A stretch of 64,000 nt of DNA from Gammaproteobacteria bacterium (GCA_020027215.1 JAHRAO010000003.1:10718-74717); one strand, 5' to 3'; positions 41,217 through 53,103 are shown, counted from the first letter of the stretch. Notes: generated from the sequence alone by a model not told the origin. Numbers and translations: made by a program.

Positions 41217-42224
41217 TTAGCCATCCAAAGCACCAATTGCGAGAGCGGTATCAATCATGCGATGAGAAAAACCCCATTCATTATCGTACCATGCCAATAC
41301 TTTCACTTGATTGTCAATCACTGCCGTCTGCGTTTCATCAAAGATGCTTGACGCACTACAATGATTAAAATCACACGACACTAATGGTTCGCTATTTATT
41401 TGAAGTATGCCGGAAAGGTCACCTTGCGCCGCCACCCGCGCCACCTCGTTGATTTCTGTCACCGATGTTTCTCGTTTCGCTTGAAAAGTGAAATCTAATA
41501 ATGAAGTATTCGCGAGGGGTACGCGCACCGCCAAACCATCCAATTTACCTTTGAGATCGGGAATCACTTCACCAATAGCCCGCGCAGCTCCCGTGCTTGT
41601 CGGGATCATAGACAACAGTGCCGACCGTCCGCGACGGAGATCTTTATGATGTACGTCCACAACAGATTGATCATTCGTTGCCGCATGAATGGTCGTCATC
41701 AACCCATTTTGTATGCCCACTGTTTTATGAAAAATAAAAACGAGCGGGGCGAGACAATTAGTCGTACAGGATGCATTAGATATAATACGATGTTCGGGGC
41801 GTAGCTGATCATCATTGACTCCATAAACAACCATAATATCTGAGTTTTTGCTGGGGGCAGAGAGCAGGACGCGTTGTGCTCCCGCCTCTATATGTTTTGT
41901 CGCCCCTTCACGAGAAAGAAATACGCCAGTGCACTCTAATACCAAATCAACCGCTAAATCTCCCCACGGCAGTTTTGTTGGGTCTTTTTCACAGAATAAT
42001 GCAATCGAATCGCCGTCTACGCTGAGCGTATTATCGCTGACGGCGACCGGTAAAGGAAGCCGCCCATGAATGGAGTCATATTGCAACAAGTAGCCAGTAT
42101 GTTGCAGAACACCCTTATCATTAACTGCAACAATTTTAATCTGATCACGCAGCGAGCTTTCATATAAAGAGCGTAAAATATTGCGTCCAATACGCCCAAA
42201 GCCATTAATTGCAATCGTTATCAT
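41217..42224 (-). CDS. gap: Type I glyceraldehyde-3-phosphate dehydrogenase (Gap/Epd family)
   Basis: INGFGRIGR, ASCTTNC, IPTSTGAA, WYDNEWG. Confidence 0.85.
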   Translation of the reverse strand: MITIAINGFGRIGRNILRSLYESSLRDQIKIVAVNDKGVLQHTGYLLQYDSIHGRLPLPVAVSDNTLSVDGDSIALFCEKDPTKLPWGDLAVDLVLECTGVFLSREGATKHIEAGAQRVLLSAPSKNSDIMVVYGVNDDQLRPEHRIISNASCTTNCLAPLVFIFHKTVGIQNGLMTTIHAATNDQSVVDVHHKDLRRGRSALLSMIPTSTGAARAIGEVIPDLKGKLDGLAVRVPLANTSLLDFTFQAKRETSVTEINEVARVAAQGDLSGILQINSEPLVSCDFNHCSASSIFDETQTAVIDNQVKVLAWYDNEWGFSHRMIDTALAIGALDG

Positions 42225-42333
42225 ATGCTATCCCCATAATTTAAGTGTACTAGTGATAATTTAAGAGCATATTATAATCAATACACAAACAAACTAGCAT
42301 ATTGAAGGAGAGAAGTCCTGTATAATTGGACAC

Positions 42334-43029
42334 ATGGACGATGACAAAAAATCATCACCGCTACAGACATTGTTTGATATTGCATTTAATATCGCAATAC
42401 CGATCATTATTTTATTTCAATTGAGTGGCGAAGATTATTTAGGCCCCTTGTATGGGCTCCTCGTTGCATTGGCGTTTCCAGTCGGATATAGCGTGTGGGA
42501 ATTCTTGCGCCACCACAAACTCCATCCGCTCGCCCTAGTGGGTACGGTGAGCGTACTCTTAACGGGTGGAATTAGTTTATTGGCGCTAGACCCCCAATAT
42601 TTAGCGATCAAAGAGGCTGCCATTCCTGGTGTTCTCGGCATTGCGACCTTAATTTCTATTAAAACGCGTTATCCGCTCATCCGTTTAGTGGTTTACAATG
42701 AGCGAATAATGTGTGTCAATAAAGTAGAACCGGCCTTAAAAATGAATGGGACTGCCGATCAGTTTGCTGGGTGCCTCAAAAGCGCCACGCTGATGATCGC
42801 CTTGTCATTTCTTTTATCTTCCGTGCTCAACTATATATTAACCCGTTGGATAGTCACCAGTACCCCAGGCAGTGAAACATACAACATTGAGTTAGGAAAA
42901 ATGATGGCACTGAGTTTCCCCGTCATTGCCCTTCCATGCACCATTATCGTCATCGCCTCTCTATTCTATATCGTGCGCACTATTCGTAAATTGACCGCTT
43001 TAGAATATAATGAAATCTTCAGAATTTAA
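42334..43029 (+). CDS. Conserved membrane protein (VC0807-like)
   Basis: FNI.IP..IL..LSG, ALAFP, KEAAIP, LNY.L, S.PG..YN.ELGKM; multiple TMs. Confidence 0.65.
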   Translation: MDDDKKSSPLQTLFDIAFNIAIPIIILFQLSGEDYLGPLYGLLVALAFPVGYSVWEFLRHHKLHPLALVGTVSVLLTGGISLLALDPQYLAIKEAAIPGVLGIATLISIKTRYPLIRLVVYNERIMCVNKVEPALKMNGTADQFAGCLKSATLMIALSFLLSSVLNYILTRWIVTSTPGSETYNIELGKMMALSFPVIALPCTIIVIASLFYIVRTIRKLTALEYNEIFRI

Positions 43030-43049
43030 CTGCAATATGGAGTACACTT

Positions 43050-43610
43050 ATGCCCAAATATAATTTTTTGTGCGGGCTCGTTGCCTGCGTCTTATCATTG
43101 ACCACAAGCTGCAGCGACAATACAACTATGACTACGACTATTCAAACATCTATGGGGACAATAGAAGTTGAATTATTTACAGAACAAGCCCCTATTACTG
43201 TAAAAAATTTTCAGCGCTATATCGATGAACAATTTTTTGATGGCACGACCTTCCATCGCGTCATCCCGGGTTTTGTCATTCAAGGCGGGGGGTTGCTTCC
43301 CAACATGCAACAAAAACAAATTCCTTTCCCTTCTATCAAAAATGAATCTTACAATGGACTGAAAAACACCGCCGGCACTCTATCTATGGCACGCACACCC
43401 GCACCAGATAGTGCAACATCTCAATTCTTCATTAACTTAAAAGAGAATTCATTTTTAGATAAAACCCCAACTAATCCCGGATATGCTGTATTTGGTAAGG
43501 TAATCGCAGGAATGGATGTGGTCCATGAAATTGCTAAAGTGGAAACCACTAACGTCGGTGGTCACCAAAATGTGCCACGAGAGCCCATACTTATTGAATC
43601 GATCCGGTAA
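43050..43610 (+). CDS. Cyclophilin-type peptidyl-prolyl isomerase, probable lipoprotein
   Basis: FHRVIPGFVIQGGG, SMART..PDSATSQFFIN, GYAVFG; N-terminal signal ending in TTSC. Confidence 0.92.
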   Translation: MPKYNFLCGLVACVLSLTTSCSDNTTMTTTIQTSMGTIEVELFTEQAPITVKNFQRYIDEQFFDGTTFHRVIPGFVIQGGGLLPNMQQKQIPFPSIKNESYNGLKNTAGTLSMARTPAPDSATSQFFINLKENSFLDKTPTNPGYAVFGKVIAGMDVVHEIAKVETTNVGGHQNVPREPILIESIR

Positions 43611-43621
43611 CGTAGCGCATT

Positions 43622-44416
43622 ATGACGCAATTGAGCGTCAATATTAATAAAATTGCTTTATTGCGCAATGCGCGCGGTGGATCAGTGCCCAACCCCGTAC
43701 ACTATGTTGATATCATCGCACGCGCAGGGGGGCATGGGGTCACCATTCACCCGCGCTCGGATCAGCGACATATTCACGCAGATGACGTGCATCTCCTTCA
43801 CCAACATATCACCACACATAACCGACAACATCCTTTATTGGAACTCAATATTGAAGGTAATCCTTTTGCTCAATCGTGTGCCAGTACAAAAAACGGAGTC
43901 AGTGATTATCCAGGATTCTTGTCTTTAATTCGCGCTGCTCCACCACACCAATGCACATTAGTACCCGATACACCTCACCAATTAACTTCCGATCACGGTT
44001 TTGATCTCACCCAAGATTGCGCAGCACTCGTGGAGGTTATTGCCGAAATACACCGCATAGGTTCGCGCGTCAGTTTATTTTTAGACGCCGACATCAAACA
44101 AGTGGAGCGGGCGGCGGAAATAGGTGCCGAGCGCATTGAACTGTATACCGGCCCCTACGCGACAATTGCAGCGCACAATCAACCGGTCGATGCTATGCTC
44201 CAGCACTACCAGCACATTGCTCGCCGAGCACAAGAGTGCAATTTAGGGCTCAATGCGGGACACGATTTGAACTGCAGCAATCTTTCACCCATTATACAAT
44301 TACCCGGATTATTAGAAGTATCTATCGGACAAGCATTGATCACCGATGCTTTGGAATACGGACTATTTGAAGCAATAAAAAAATATTTAGCCATTATAGA
44401 AAACGCACCCCGATGA
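43622..44416 (+). CDS. pdxJ: Pyridoxine 5'-phosphate synthase
   Basis: LSVNINKIALLRNARG, HPR.DQRH, NIEGNP, IELYTG.Y, NAGHDL, EVSIG. Confidence 0.93.
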   Translation: MTQLSVNINKIALLRNARGGSVPNPVHYVDIIARAGGHGVTIHPRSDQRHIHADDVHLLHQHITTHNRQHPLLELNIEGNPFAQSCASTKNGVSDYPGFLSLIRAAPPHQCTLVPDTPHQLTSDHGFDLTQDCAALVEVIAEIHRIGSRVSLFLDADIKQVERAAEIGAERIELYTGPYATIAAHNQPVDAMLQHYQHIARRAQECNLGLNAGHDLNCSNLSPIIQLPGLLEVSIGQALITDALEYGLFEAIKKYLAIIENAPR

Positions 44417-44901
44417 GTCATGATGAAATAAAACCTTATCAATTGCCAGAAGATACGGCGGCGGATTTACATCTTGCCATAGTCTGTACACGCTGGCACG
44501 ACGATATTATCCAGCACATGCGTGATGCGTGCATCTCGCACTTACTCCACAACGGTATAAAAAGCGATCATATTATGGAATCGACCGTTCCAGGAGCATT
44601 TGAATTACCATTAGCCGTGCAAACCATTGCACAAAGTGGCAATTATCACGCCGTGATCGCTTTTGCCGCGATCATAAAAGGCGAAACTGCGCATTATAAC
44701 TATATCGCTCAGGCCTGCCACTGGGGGCTCACCCAGGCCACACTCAACACCAAGTGCCCTATCCTTTCCGGCATACTCGTCACCAACAATTTAGCACAAG
44801 CACGAGAGCGTGCCGATGTCAATCGACTGAATAAAGGTGCTCAAGTTGCAAATAGTGCGTTAGAAATGATAAATTTCATATGCCAGCATCACACAGATTA
44901 A
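44413..44901 (+). CDS. ribH: 6,7-dimethyl-8-ribityllumazine synthase (divergent)
   Basis: VPGAFELP, I.GETAH..YI, QA.ERA...NKG. Confidence 0.85.
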   Translation: MSHDEIKPYQLPEDTAADLHLAIVCTRWHDDIIQHMRDACISHLLHNGIKSDHIMESTVPGAFELPLAVQTIAQSGNYHAVIAFAAIIKGETAHYNYIAQACHWGLTQATLNTKCPILSGILVTNNLAQARERADVNRLNKGAQVANSALEMINFICQHHTD

Positions 44902-44971
44902 CACCCCGTTTTCCTCTGTCGCCACGTGCACTGAAGTTCTCGAGCGTCAAGATCTGTATATACTAAAAGAC

Positions 44972-45457
44972 ATGTCTCACCACGCATCCATTTTATTTGT
45001 TTGTTTGGGGAATATTTGTCGTTCACCGATCGCACAAGGCATCTGTGAAGCAGAACTCCGCAAGCGACAACTCATCCATCGTATGCAGGTCGATTCGTGT
45101 GGCACTTCACATTATCACATCGGTCACGCTCCCGATCCACGAGCGATTCAGGCAATGAAAGCACACGGATACGATATTTCCCCACAACGTGCGCGACAGT
45201 TACAATTATCCGACTACGCTCAATACACATATATTGTGGCGATGGATCGTACTCATTTGCACACAATTGAGCAGCACAAACCAGTGCATTTTAAGGGCCA
45301 CATTCACCTCTTGCGCAATTTTGATCCCAGCGATAATGGACTTGATGTGCCTGATCCTTACTACAATAATAATTTTGAGCACGTGTTTGCCATTATTGAA
45401 CGCGGTGTCCATGGGCTTTTAGCGCATATGTGCAGTCATCTGTCCGGCAATGGATAA
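44972..45457 (+). CDS. Low molecular weight protein-tyrosine phosphatase
   Basis: [12 protein letters not shown]-loop, DPYY. Confidence 0.92.
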   Translation: MSHHASILFVCLGNICRSPIAQGICEAELRKRQLIHRMQVDSCGTSHYHIGHAPDPRAIQAMKAHGYDISPQRARQLQLSDYAQYTYIVAMDRTHLHTIEQHKPVHFKGHIHLLRNFDPSDNGLDVPDPYYNNNFEHVFAIIERGVHGLLAHMCSHLSGNG

Positions 45458-48032
45458 TTCCAATACGCATACTCCCATGATCCGCCAATATTTGGCGATA
45501 AAAAAAGAGTATCCCGATACCCTATTATTTTACCGTATGGGCGATTTTTATGAAATGTTTTTTGACGATGCACAAAAGGCTGCACCACTTTTAGACATTA
45601 CCTTAACCCAACGCGGACAATCGGGAGGACAACCCATTCCGATGGCCGGAGTTCCCTACCACGCGGCGGAACGTTATCTTGCCAAATTAGTCAAATTAGG
45701 TTTATCGGTCGCAATATGCGAACAAGTTAATGATGACACCACACAAAAAGGACCGATGAAACGCGAAATTGTGCGCATTATCACTCCCGGCACAATCAGC
45801 GATGAAAATTTATTAGATGAACGGCAGGATAATCTCATCGCGGCGATCACCTACACTGACCAACGATACGGCATTGCTGTGTTAGATATCACTAGCGGAC
45901 GATTTGAAATTGACGAAATGAATGAGAGAACAATGGCGATCTCTCGTTTACAACAGATCAACCCCGCTGAAGTGTTGATCCATCACGATCTTTCTTTACC
46001 CGAAGTTAACCATCATCCAGGGTTGCGCCGCCTCTCGGCATTCGAATTTGATCTCAAGCAAGCGCAGCAAGTGCTCAATGACCAATTTTCCGACAGCAGG
46101 GTTTTAAGAGAGCATGATTATCCTGCTGCGATCTGTGCGGCAGGATGCTTATTACGCTATGCCCGCGAAATGCAACGCTCGCCTCTCATACATGTTCACC
46201 GCATACAACTGATGCAACTGTGCAAAGAAATGATCATTGATGAAAACACTTATCGCAGCATGGAAATTATCGCCAATACAAACGGCACGACTCAATATAG
46301 CTTACTCAATATCATTGATCGGTGTGCAACCGGCATGGCATCTCGATTATTACGCCGTTGGTTGCGTTATCCATCATGCGACCGCACTGTAATCAGCAAT
46401 CGTCATCAAGCCATTGATACACTACAAGCGGCAGGATGTGTGAATGCGTTACGACAAATACTGCAAAAAGTAAGTGACTTGCAACGTATTTTGGCACGGA
46501 TCGGCCTACAATCTGCCACACCGCGAGATCTCGCACACTTAGGCACTTCCTTGACAATCATTCCAGAGATTCATCATACTTTACCACCCGATAAACAAGA
46601 TTATTTATCCCAGATCCACAAGCGTATTGTGGCTTTTCCAGAAATTGCCGAGTTATTGGCACGCGCTATCGTCCCTAATCCCCCAGTGCATATCCGAGAC
46701 GGCGGCGTCATTCAAAATGGGTACGATAAAACTTTAGATCAACTGCGTTGTGCGAGAGAGGGCATGGCACAACGCATCTTAGAAATAGAAGCCATGGAGC
46801 GAGAACGCACATCTAACGCCAAACTCAAAGTCAATTACAACCGAGTGCATGGATATTATATTGAAGTGAGTCGGCATCAAGGCGGCGACATCCCCGCACA
46901 CTACATCCGCAAGCAAACTCTCAAAAACACCGAACGCTATACGACTGACGAACTCAAAGTGTGTGAAGAAAATGCCTTGAGCAATAAAAGCCGTGCGCTC
47001 ACTTTAGAAAAGCAGATCTACCATCAATTAATACAGCATATTGGCGAATCTTTGATTCCATTATTAGATACGGCAGCGGCAATTGCCGAATTAGATGTAC
47101 TGAACAACCTTGCCGAGCGCGCCACCACTTTACGTTTAACGCAACCATTCTTTCACGATAAATCCGAAATGCACATTGAAGGCGGTCGGCATTTGAGCGT
47201 TGAGCATTCTATGGATACGCCTTTTATTACCAATGATCTGTATCTCCATCCCGAGCAAAAGATGCTCATTATTACTGGACCCAATATGGGAGGTAAATCC
47301 ACCTATATGCGACAAACCGCACTCATCTCATTACTCGCACAAACCGGTTGCTATGTTCCAGCACAGCGGGCACTCCTCCCGATTATCGATCATTTATTCA
47401 CGCGCATTGGGTCTACCGATAATTTAGCAGGTGGTCAATCCACTTTTATGGTAGAGATGAATGAAGTCGCTCATATTCTCCATAATGCCACGCCCCACAG
47501 TTTGATATTGATTGACGAAGTCGGTCGGGGAACAAGCACTTTTGATGGTCTCGCTTTAGCCTGGGCATGCGTGCATTATTTATCAGAAAAAATCAATGCG
47601 TTTACTTTATTTGCAACCCATTACTTTGAATTGACATCCCTCTCTCACCATTTACCCAATATCGCCAATGTGCATTTAGCCGTTACCGAACAAAAAGATG
47701 AAATCATATTTATGTATGCCGTGCAATCAGGTCCAGCAACGCGCAGTTACGGGATTCAAGTCGCAGGTTTAGCGGGTATGCCCCCAGAAATACTTGGACT
47801 TGCGCGGGATAAATTGACCGCTTTAGAAAATCAATCCATCGCGAATAGCGGCGACCAACAAATGGACATGTTTGTCTCTCCACCCATTGAAACCAATCAA
47901 CCGTGCCCAATGTGCGATGCTGTAGCGCAAATCCAACCAGACAGCCTTTCCCCCAAGGCAGCACATAATCTCTTGTATCAGTTAAAAGATATGGTGTCTG
48001 GCGATTTTGTTACAAAACACAATAAAAATTGA
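45450..48032 (+). CDS. mutS: DNA mismatch repair protein MutS
   Basis: [43 protein letters not shown]. Confidence 0.97.
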   Translation: MDNSNTHTPMIRQYLAIKKEYPDTLLFYRMGDFYEMFFDDAQKAAPLLDITLTQRGQSGGQPIPMAGVPYHAAERYLAKLVKLGLSVAICEQVNDDTTQKGPMKREIVRIITPGTISDENLLDERQDNLIAAITYTDQRYGIAVLDITSGRFEIDEMNERTMAISRLQQINPAEVLIHHDLSLPEVNHHPGLRRLSAFEFDLKQAQQVLNDQFSDSRVLREHDYPAAICAAGCLLRYAREMQRSPLIHVHRIQLMQLCKEMIIDENTYRSMEIIANTNGTTQYSLLNIIDRCATGMASRLLRRWLRYPSCDRTVISNRHQAIDTLQAAGCVNALRQILQKVSDLQRILARIGLQSATPRDLAHLGTSLTIIPEIHHTLPPDKQDYLSQIHKRIVAFPEIAELLARAIVPNPPVHIRDGGVIQNGYDKTLDQLRCAREGMAQRILEIEAMERERTSNAKLKVNYNRVHGYYIEVSRHQGGDIPAHYIRKQTLKNTERYTTDELKVCEENALSNKSRALTLEKQIYHQLIQHIGESLIPLLDTAAAIAELDVLNNLAERATTLRLTQPFFHDKSEMHIEGGRHLSVEHSMDTPFITNDLYLHPEQKMLIITGPNMGGKSTYMRQTALISLLAQTGCYVPAQRALLPIIDHLFTRIGSTDNLAGGQSTFMVEMNEVAHILHNATPHSLILIDEVGRGTSTFDGLALAWACVHYLSEKINAFTLFATHYFELTSLSHHLPNIANVHLAVTEQKDEIIFMYAVQSGPATRSYGIQVAGLAGMPPEILGLARDKLTALENQSIANSGDQQMDMFVSPPIETNQPCPMCDAVAQIQPDSLSPKAAHNLLYQLKDMVSGDFVTKHNKN

Positions 48033-48082
48033 AATTTTTATAGATTATAATTGCGGTATATAATCCGATGATCATCTAACTT

Positions 48083-48406
48083 ATGACTTTTGTAGTGACC
48101 GATAGCTGTATTCAGTGCAAACTCACCGACTGTGTTGAGGTGTGCCCTGTAGATTGCTTTTATGAAGGGCCCAATTTTCTGGTCATTCATCCCGACGAGT
48201 GTATTGATTGTGCGCTGTGCGAGCCAGAATGCCCCGTAGATGCCATTTATTCGGAAGACGATGTTCCCGCAGAGCAACAACAATTTATTGAGATCAATGC
48301 GACTCTTGCCGAGCAGTGGCCGAATATTACCGAAAAAAAAGATCCGCTCCCCGATTACAAAAAATGGGAAAAAGTGCAGAATAAACTTCAGTATTTAGAG
48401 AAGTGA
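48083..48406 (+). CDS. fdxA: Ferredoxin FdxA (7Fe type)
   Basis: [31 protein letters not shown]; follows mutS. Confidence 0.93.
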   Translation: MTFVVTDSCIQCKLTDCVEVCPVDCFYEGPNFLVIHPDECIDCALCEPECPVDAIYSEDDVPAEQQQFIEINATLAEQWPNITEKKDPLPDYKKWEKVQNKLQYLEK

Positions 48407-49479
48407 GGGCGCGTGTACAGGGCTGGACGTTGAGCAAGTAGTCCAAATATCCCTCCCGTCGATATAAAAATAATATCGCTACTTTCGGCAAAATATCCTT
48501 TTTTGATTTCGCACAACACGGCATCAAATGCCTTGCCGGTGTATACTGGGTCCAATACAATTCCTTCACTGCGCGCCACACGAATAATCGTATCCCATAC
48601 ATGCTCAGACGCTAGAGCATACCCTGCTCCTACATAACCATCCAATATTTCAATCGGCAGGTCGTTCACTTTTATATGTGCTTGATAATGCTGTTGCCAA
48701 GCGCAGAGATCTCCACGAATTTTCTGTTCAAACCACCGAGCATCATCGCACACATTCACCCCCAAGACACGGGCATTGATTCCGTAATACTGGCACCCTA
48801 AAATCAATCCTCCCTGCGTACCTCCAGAGCCGGTCGCACAAATGATATGGCTCGGGGCTATACCGGCAACGGCACAATCTTCTGCCAATTCGGCGCACGC
48901 AGCGATATAGCCCCATAATCCACAGCGGTCACTACCCCCTATAGGGATAACCCATGGATTATGTCCCAATTGGCGATAATATTCACGCTGTTCAGCCATT
49001 AAGTCGTGTAAACGGTCGTAGTCGGTATTTTCATCACAGAAAGTGACTTGTGCTCCGGCAAGATAGTCCAACAATAAATTACCTTCTGGACACTGCGTGG
49101 GTTTCCCACGTAGCAATAAATGGGCGTGCAAACCGCACTGCTTAGCAGCTAAAGCTGTTGCACGACAATGATTAGATTGAATGCCACCGCCAGTAATCAC
49201 GGTATCACATCCATTCGCCAAAGCCGCGGCGAGCAGAAACTCCAGTTTGCGCACTTTATTGCCGCTCAATGTGCTCCCACTGAGGTCATCGCGCTTCACC
49301 CAAATACGGGGGCCACCGATGGAACGGGATAAGCGGTCTAAAGAATGCAACGGGGTGGGAAGCTGAGCGAGCGTTACGCGCGGCGGAAGCGACGGGAAGA
49401 GGTTACTTTTATTGGCGATGGTTTTTTTTATCGGTCTGTCTTTATTTTTTTCAAACAATCCATTCAATGACACCTCCAT
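48388..49479 (-). CDS. D-cysteine desulfhydrase / ACC deaminase family PLP enzyme
   Basis: [33 protein letters not shown]. Start uncertain. Confidence 0.88.
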   Translation of the reverse strand: MEVSLNGLFEKNKDRPIKKTIANKSNLFPSLPPRVTLAQLPTPLHSLDRLSRSIGGPRIWVKRDDLSGSTLSGNKVRKLEFLLAAALANGCDTVITGGGIQSNHCRATALAAKQCGLHAHLLLRGKPTQCPEGNLLLDYLAGAQVTFCDENTDYDRLHDLMAEQREYYRQLGHNPWVIPIGGSDRCGLWGYIAACAELAEDCAVAGIAPSHIICATGSGGTQGGLILGCQYYGINARVLGVNVCDDARWFEQKIRGDLCAWQQHYQAHIKVNDLPIEILDGYVGAGYALASEHVWDTIIRVARSEGIVLDPVYTGKAFDAVLCEIKKGYFAESSDIIFISTGGIFGLLAQRPALYTRPHFSKY

Positions 49480-49599
49480 ATTACCTTATGTTGAGAGTGC
49501 GTATACCGTCTTAAATCCGATAAAATTGAGCCACCACCGCTATTGTTCCACTCGCTACAATGGGGTCGCATAGCGTATCTCTTTCATCAGAGAATATAC

Positions 49600-50010
49600 T
49601 TAATTGCCGGTGGCCTTTGCGTTTGAAACACCGATTGATTTGAGCGTTCCTTTGGGAAGAATGGCATGCACCGCTGTTTTTTGCATTTTGAAGGTCGTAT
49701 TGGAAGCAACTTGTATATCAATATACCCTTCATCAATATCACTCACTTTACCGAGAATACCGCTCGCGGTGATAATTTCATCCCCTTGGGTGAGGGCATC
49801 AACCATTTGTTGATGCTCTTTTTGTCTTTTGCGTTGCGGGCGTATCAATAAAAAGTAAAACAAGGCAAAAATGCCAATAATAAAGACAAATTGATAAATG
49901 CCGCCAACCGAAGAAGTCGCCTGAGCATAAGCAGGTGCAGCACTCACCAGTGCCGCACAAATGGCGATGGACTTATAAATCCCAGCTACCCACTCTTTCT
50001 TCTTCATCAT
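49600..50010 (-). CDS. yajC: Preprotein translocase subunit YajC
   Basis: FYFLLIRPQRKRQKEH, GDE..T..GI.G, LPKGT. Confidence 0.92.
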   Translation of the reverse strand: MMKKKEWVAGIYKSIAICAALVSAAPAYAQATSSVGGIYQFVFIIGIFALFYFLLIRPQRKRQKEHQQMVDALTQGDEIITASGILGKVSDIDEGYIDIQVASNTTFKMQKTAVHAILPKGTLKSIGVSNAKATGN

Positions 50011-50092
50011 ATTTCAATTCCAACCATATCGCATTCAAAATAGACAAAGCGCAAATGAAGCCGACGCCTAATATCCACGCAAAATACCACAT
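49973..50092 (-). CDS. cydX: Cytochrome bd-I oxidase small subunit CydX (39 aa, absent from ORF track)
   Basis: Reads MWYFAWILGVGFICALSILNAIWLELKYDEEERVGSWDL*; MWYFAWILG is the CydX N-terminal signature; AGAGG RBS; directly after cydB. Confidence 0.92.
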   Translation of the reverse strand: MWYFAWILGVGFICALSILNAIWLELKYDEEERVGSWDL

Positions 50093-50125
50093 ATAGCAAA
50101 TACCTCTTCTTTAACAATTAAACAA

Positions 50126-51244
50126 TTAATACGAACTATCTTCAGCCATCACATACGCTGCATTGACTTTACCGCGCATCATACGAAACACCCAACTGAC
50201 ATAATAAATAATCAGTGGAATAAATATCATCGCAAATAAAAAACTAATGAATAAAGATATATGACTCGCCGAAGCATTCCACGCAGTCAGACTCGATTGC
50301 GGGTAACGATCGGAGGGGAGCAGAAAGGGGAACAAGGTGCAGCCATAGGTCACGATAATCCCGGTAGTGGCAACGGATCCAGCGAGAAAAGCATACCCTG
50401 GCCGTTTGTTATAGAAAACCAGCCCCACTGCGATGGCGATTGATAACAACGTTGTTAATGGCAACAACCATAAAGCGGGGTAAAGGTTATAGTTGTTCAA
50501 CCAGCCACTCATTTCATAGAGGACATGATTATCTGCGGTCAAAATAAAACCAGGCACCAATGATATCCATATACCGCCAATAATGAATAAAAGTGCTAAA
50601 GCGAGACTACTAAAAATAGTGACTGTCCGAATGCGCTCTTGCAACGTCCCTTCCGTTTTAATATTGAGGTATAGCCCTGCTTGCATCCAACACAAGGCTA
50701 ATGCCATAATGCCAACCAATAGGGGGAATGGGCGCAATAAACCAAAAAAACCCCCTTCATAAAATCCGCGCATGGTCTCATCGTAGTAAAACGGCACCCC
50801 TAATAATATATTGCCTAATGTCACTCCAAAGAGTATAGGCCCAGCGGTGCCACCGATATAGAGACAAGCATCCCATACATTGCGCCAGTATTTATTTTGT
50901 ACTTTTGAACGAAATTTGAACCCCACCGGGCGCAAAATCAATGTCACTAACACTAAAAACATTGCGATATAAAAGCCCGAAAACGCCATACCATAGACAC
51001 GTGGATATATGCCAAACGCTAAACCACCAAATACAACAAGCCATACTTGGTTACTTTCCCATACAGGACCCACTGTATTCAGCAAGATGCGCTTTTCAAC
51101 ATCGTTTTTCGGCACCCACGGGAGCATAGATGCCGTTCCTAAATCAAAACCATCCATCAAGGTAAAAGCAGCGAGCACTAAACCAAACACTAACCACCAA
51201 ACGATTTGTAAAGTGGAATAATCTAAAAACATGATCTTTTCCAT
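50126..51244 (-). CDS. cydB: Cytochrome bd oxidase subunit II
   Basis: DGFDLG, GPVWE.NQVWL, LRPVGF..RSK, SLT.WNAS.S. Confidence 0.95.
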   Translation of the reverse strand: MEKIMFLDYSTLQIVWWLVFGLVLAAFTLMDGFDLGTASMLPWVPKNDVEKRILLNTVGPVWESNQVWLVVFGGLAFGIYPRVYGMAFSGFYIAMFLVLVTLILRPVGFKFRSKVQNKYWRNVWDACLYIGGTAGPILFGVTLGNILLGVPFYYDETMRGFYEGGFFGLLRPFPLLVGIMALALCWMQAGLYLNIKTEGTLQERIRTVTIFSSLALALLFIIGGIWISLVPGFILTADNHVLYEMSGWLNNYNLYPALWLLPLTTLLSIAIAVGLVFYNKRPGYAFLAGSVATTGIIVTYGCTLFPFLLPSDRYPQSSLTAWNASASHISLFISFLFAMIFIPLIIYYVSWVFRMMRGKVNAAYVMAEDSSY

Positions 51245-51247
51245 GCG

Positions 51248-52768
51248 CTAATCTCCCAATGGGCCTCGTTTGATGTACTTACACAATAAATAGACGTCGA
51301 CGATCGCCAACGCCGTATAGAAGATAATGAACCCCGATAAACTTGCCCACACTTGCCCCGCCGATACACTCGATACACCAGCCGCAGTGGGTAACAATCC
51401 TTCAATTGCCCACGGTTGTCTACCATACTCAGCAACAATCCATCCCAATTCAGCGGCAATCCACGGCAAGGGTAGAGAATAAAATGTCAAGCGCATAAAC
51501 CATGGATGTTTATCCAAAGTGCGCACCGCAGCGAAATAAAATGCAATAGCAAAAATCACCACCAAATAAAACCCAGTGAATACCATACCGCGAAATGACC
51601 AAAATAATACGGGGACATTGGGAATAGTGCTTGCCGCTGCGGCGTTAATTTCTTCATCGGTCGCATTGATCACATCGTCGGTAAATTGTTTTAATAGCAT
51701 CCCGTAACCTAAATAGGATTCGTTCTCCTTAAATTCAGCTAATGCTGCTAAATTAGTCTGATCCTTGCGATAGCGTTGTAAGGCATCATAGGTATGCATA
51801 CCAATACGGATACTATCGCGCGCTTTATGTTCTAAGTCAATCATGCCCGGGACTGGTGTGTCCAAAGAGCGCGTGGCAATCAAACCCAATGCCCATGGGA
51901 TATGGAGTCCATAGTGTGTTTTTCTCTCTTCCATATCTGGCCAGCCGATAACAGTAAAGCTCGACGGCGGGGGTTCTGTTTCCCATAACCCTTCCACTGC
52001 CGCTAACTTCATTTGTTGATGATCAGTGGTGGTGTAACCACTCTCGTCACCTAAGACCACTACACACAGTGCCGATGCCAAACCAAAGCTCGCCGCCACT
52101 GTCATTGAGCGCTTCGCAAAATCAACATGTTTGCGACGCATTAAATACCACGCACTAATGGAGAGCACAAACATTGCGCCAGTCGTATAGCTTGCGCTAA
52201 TAGTATGAACAAATTTCACCTGCGCCACTGGATTAAAAAATATATCGTATAACGACAGCATTTCCATGCGCATCGTTTCAGTATTAAAATGCGAGCCCAC
52301 TGGGTTTTGCATCCAAGCATTTGCCACCAAAATCCACAAAGCTGATCCACTCGTGCCAATCGCGACCATCCAAGTCGCCATTAAATGTTGTACACGGGAT
52401 AAACGATCCCAGCCAAAGAAAAACAAGCCGACAAAAGTCGCCTCCAAGAAAAATGCCATCATTCCCTCAATAGCGAGTAATGGACCAAATACATCCCCGA
52501 CATAGTGGGAATAGTACGCCCAGTTGGTGCCAAATTGGAATTCCATTGTGATTCCTGTCGCCACTCCCATAGCAAAGTTAATGCCGAAAAGTATTCCCCA
52601 AAATTTTGTGATTCGTTTCCATATGTCACGCCCGGTCATGACATAAATGCTTTCCATGATCGCAAGCAATAGCGCCATACCAATGGTGAGGGGGACAAAA
52701 AGAAAATGATATAAAGCCGTAATAGCAAACTGTAAGCGGGAAAGAATTATCGGATCATCCATCGTCAA
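51248..52768 (-). CDS. cydA: Cytochrome bd oxidase subunit I
   Basis: [36 protein letters not shown]; long Q-loop. Confidence 0.96.
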   Translation of the reverse strand: MTMDDPIILSRLQFAITALYHFLFVPLTIGMALLLAIMESIYVMTGRDIWKRITKFWGILFGINFAMGVATGITMEFQFGTNWAYYSHYVGDVFGPLLAIEGMMAFFLEATFVGLFFFGWDRLSRVQHLMATWMVAIGTSGSALWILVANAWMQNPVGSHFNTETMRMEMLSLYDIFFNPVAQVKFVHTISASYTTGAMFVLSISAWYLMRRKHVDFAKRSMTVAASFGLASALCVVVLGDESGYTTTDHQQMKLAAVEGLWETEPPPSSFTVIGWPDMEERKTHYGLHIPWALGLIATRSLDTPVPGMIDLEHKARDSIRIGMHTYDALQRYRKDQTNLAALAEFKENESYLGYGMLLKQFTDDVINATDEEINAAAASTIPNVPVLFWSFRGMVFTGFYLVVIFAIAFYFAAVRTLDKHPWFMRLTFYSLPLPWIAAELGWIVAEYGRQPWAIEGLLPTAAGVSSVSAGQVWASLSGFIIFYTALAIVDVYLLCKYIKRGPLGD

Positions 52769-52908
52769 CTATAACCTTAAATAATAAATATATTGTTTCT
52801 ATCATAACACAAAGGGCCTTATGGATTCAATTTCCTCGGGCATTTTAAGACAATTTCCACAATGAAATCACGGGATTAAACGGATTTTCTGATTATTGTT
52901 GTGCCCTC

Positions 52909-52936
52909 TTGACAAATCATAATAAAGTATTATAAT
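52909..52936 (+). promoter_or_regulatory. Consensus sigma70 promoter facing the T4SS-like operon
   Basis: TTGACA (52909-52914), 16-nt spacer, TATAAT (52931-52936). Confidence 0.75.
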
Positions 52937-52939
52937 AAT

Positions 52940-53103
52940 GGATTGGATTGTGCCATGCTCCTGCCCTCCATAGGGTGGCGCGAAACTGAAGGATGCATGC
53001 GGAACAATGGATGTGAAATGGATGTAAACAATGGACAACATAACGGATAATCGTAAAAGGAATAACAAAGGCAGGCGAATGCTCTCCCACGCATTTTTAC
53101 CTG
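52940..53103 (+). ncRNA. Candidate CsrA/RsmA-binding RNA (Csr/Rsm-type sRNA or 5' leader)
   Basis: Seven GGA motifs in 52991-53061, six of them ANGGA, immediately downstream of the consensus promoter. Confidence 0.5.

Noticed and set aside
41217..42224. epd (erythrose-4-phosphate dehydrogenase), given nearby pdxJ
   Set aside because: Has GAPDH-type IPTSTGAA and WYDNE rather than E. coli Epd-type IPVDT and WCDNE; not fully excluded.
52844..52861. GacA/UvrY box upstream of the GGA-rich RNA (TTTAAGACAATTTCCACA)
   Set aside because: Only a partial match to TGTAAG-N6-CTTACA in AT-rich DNA; too weak to call.
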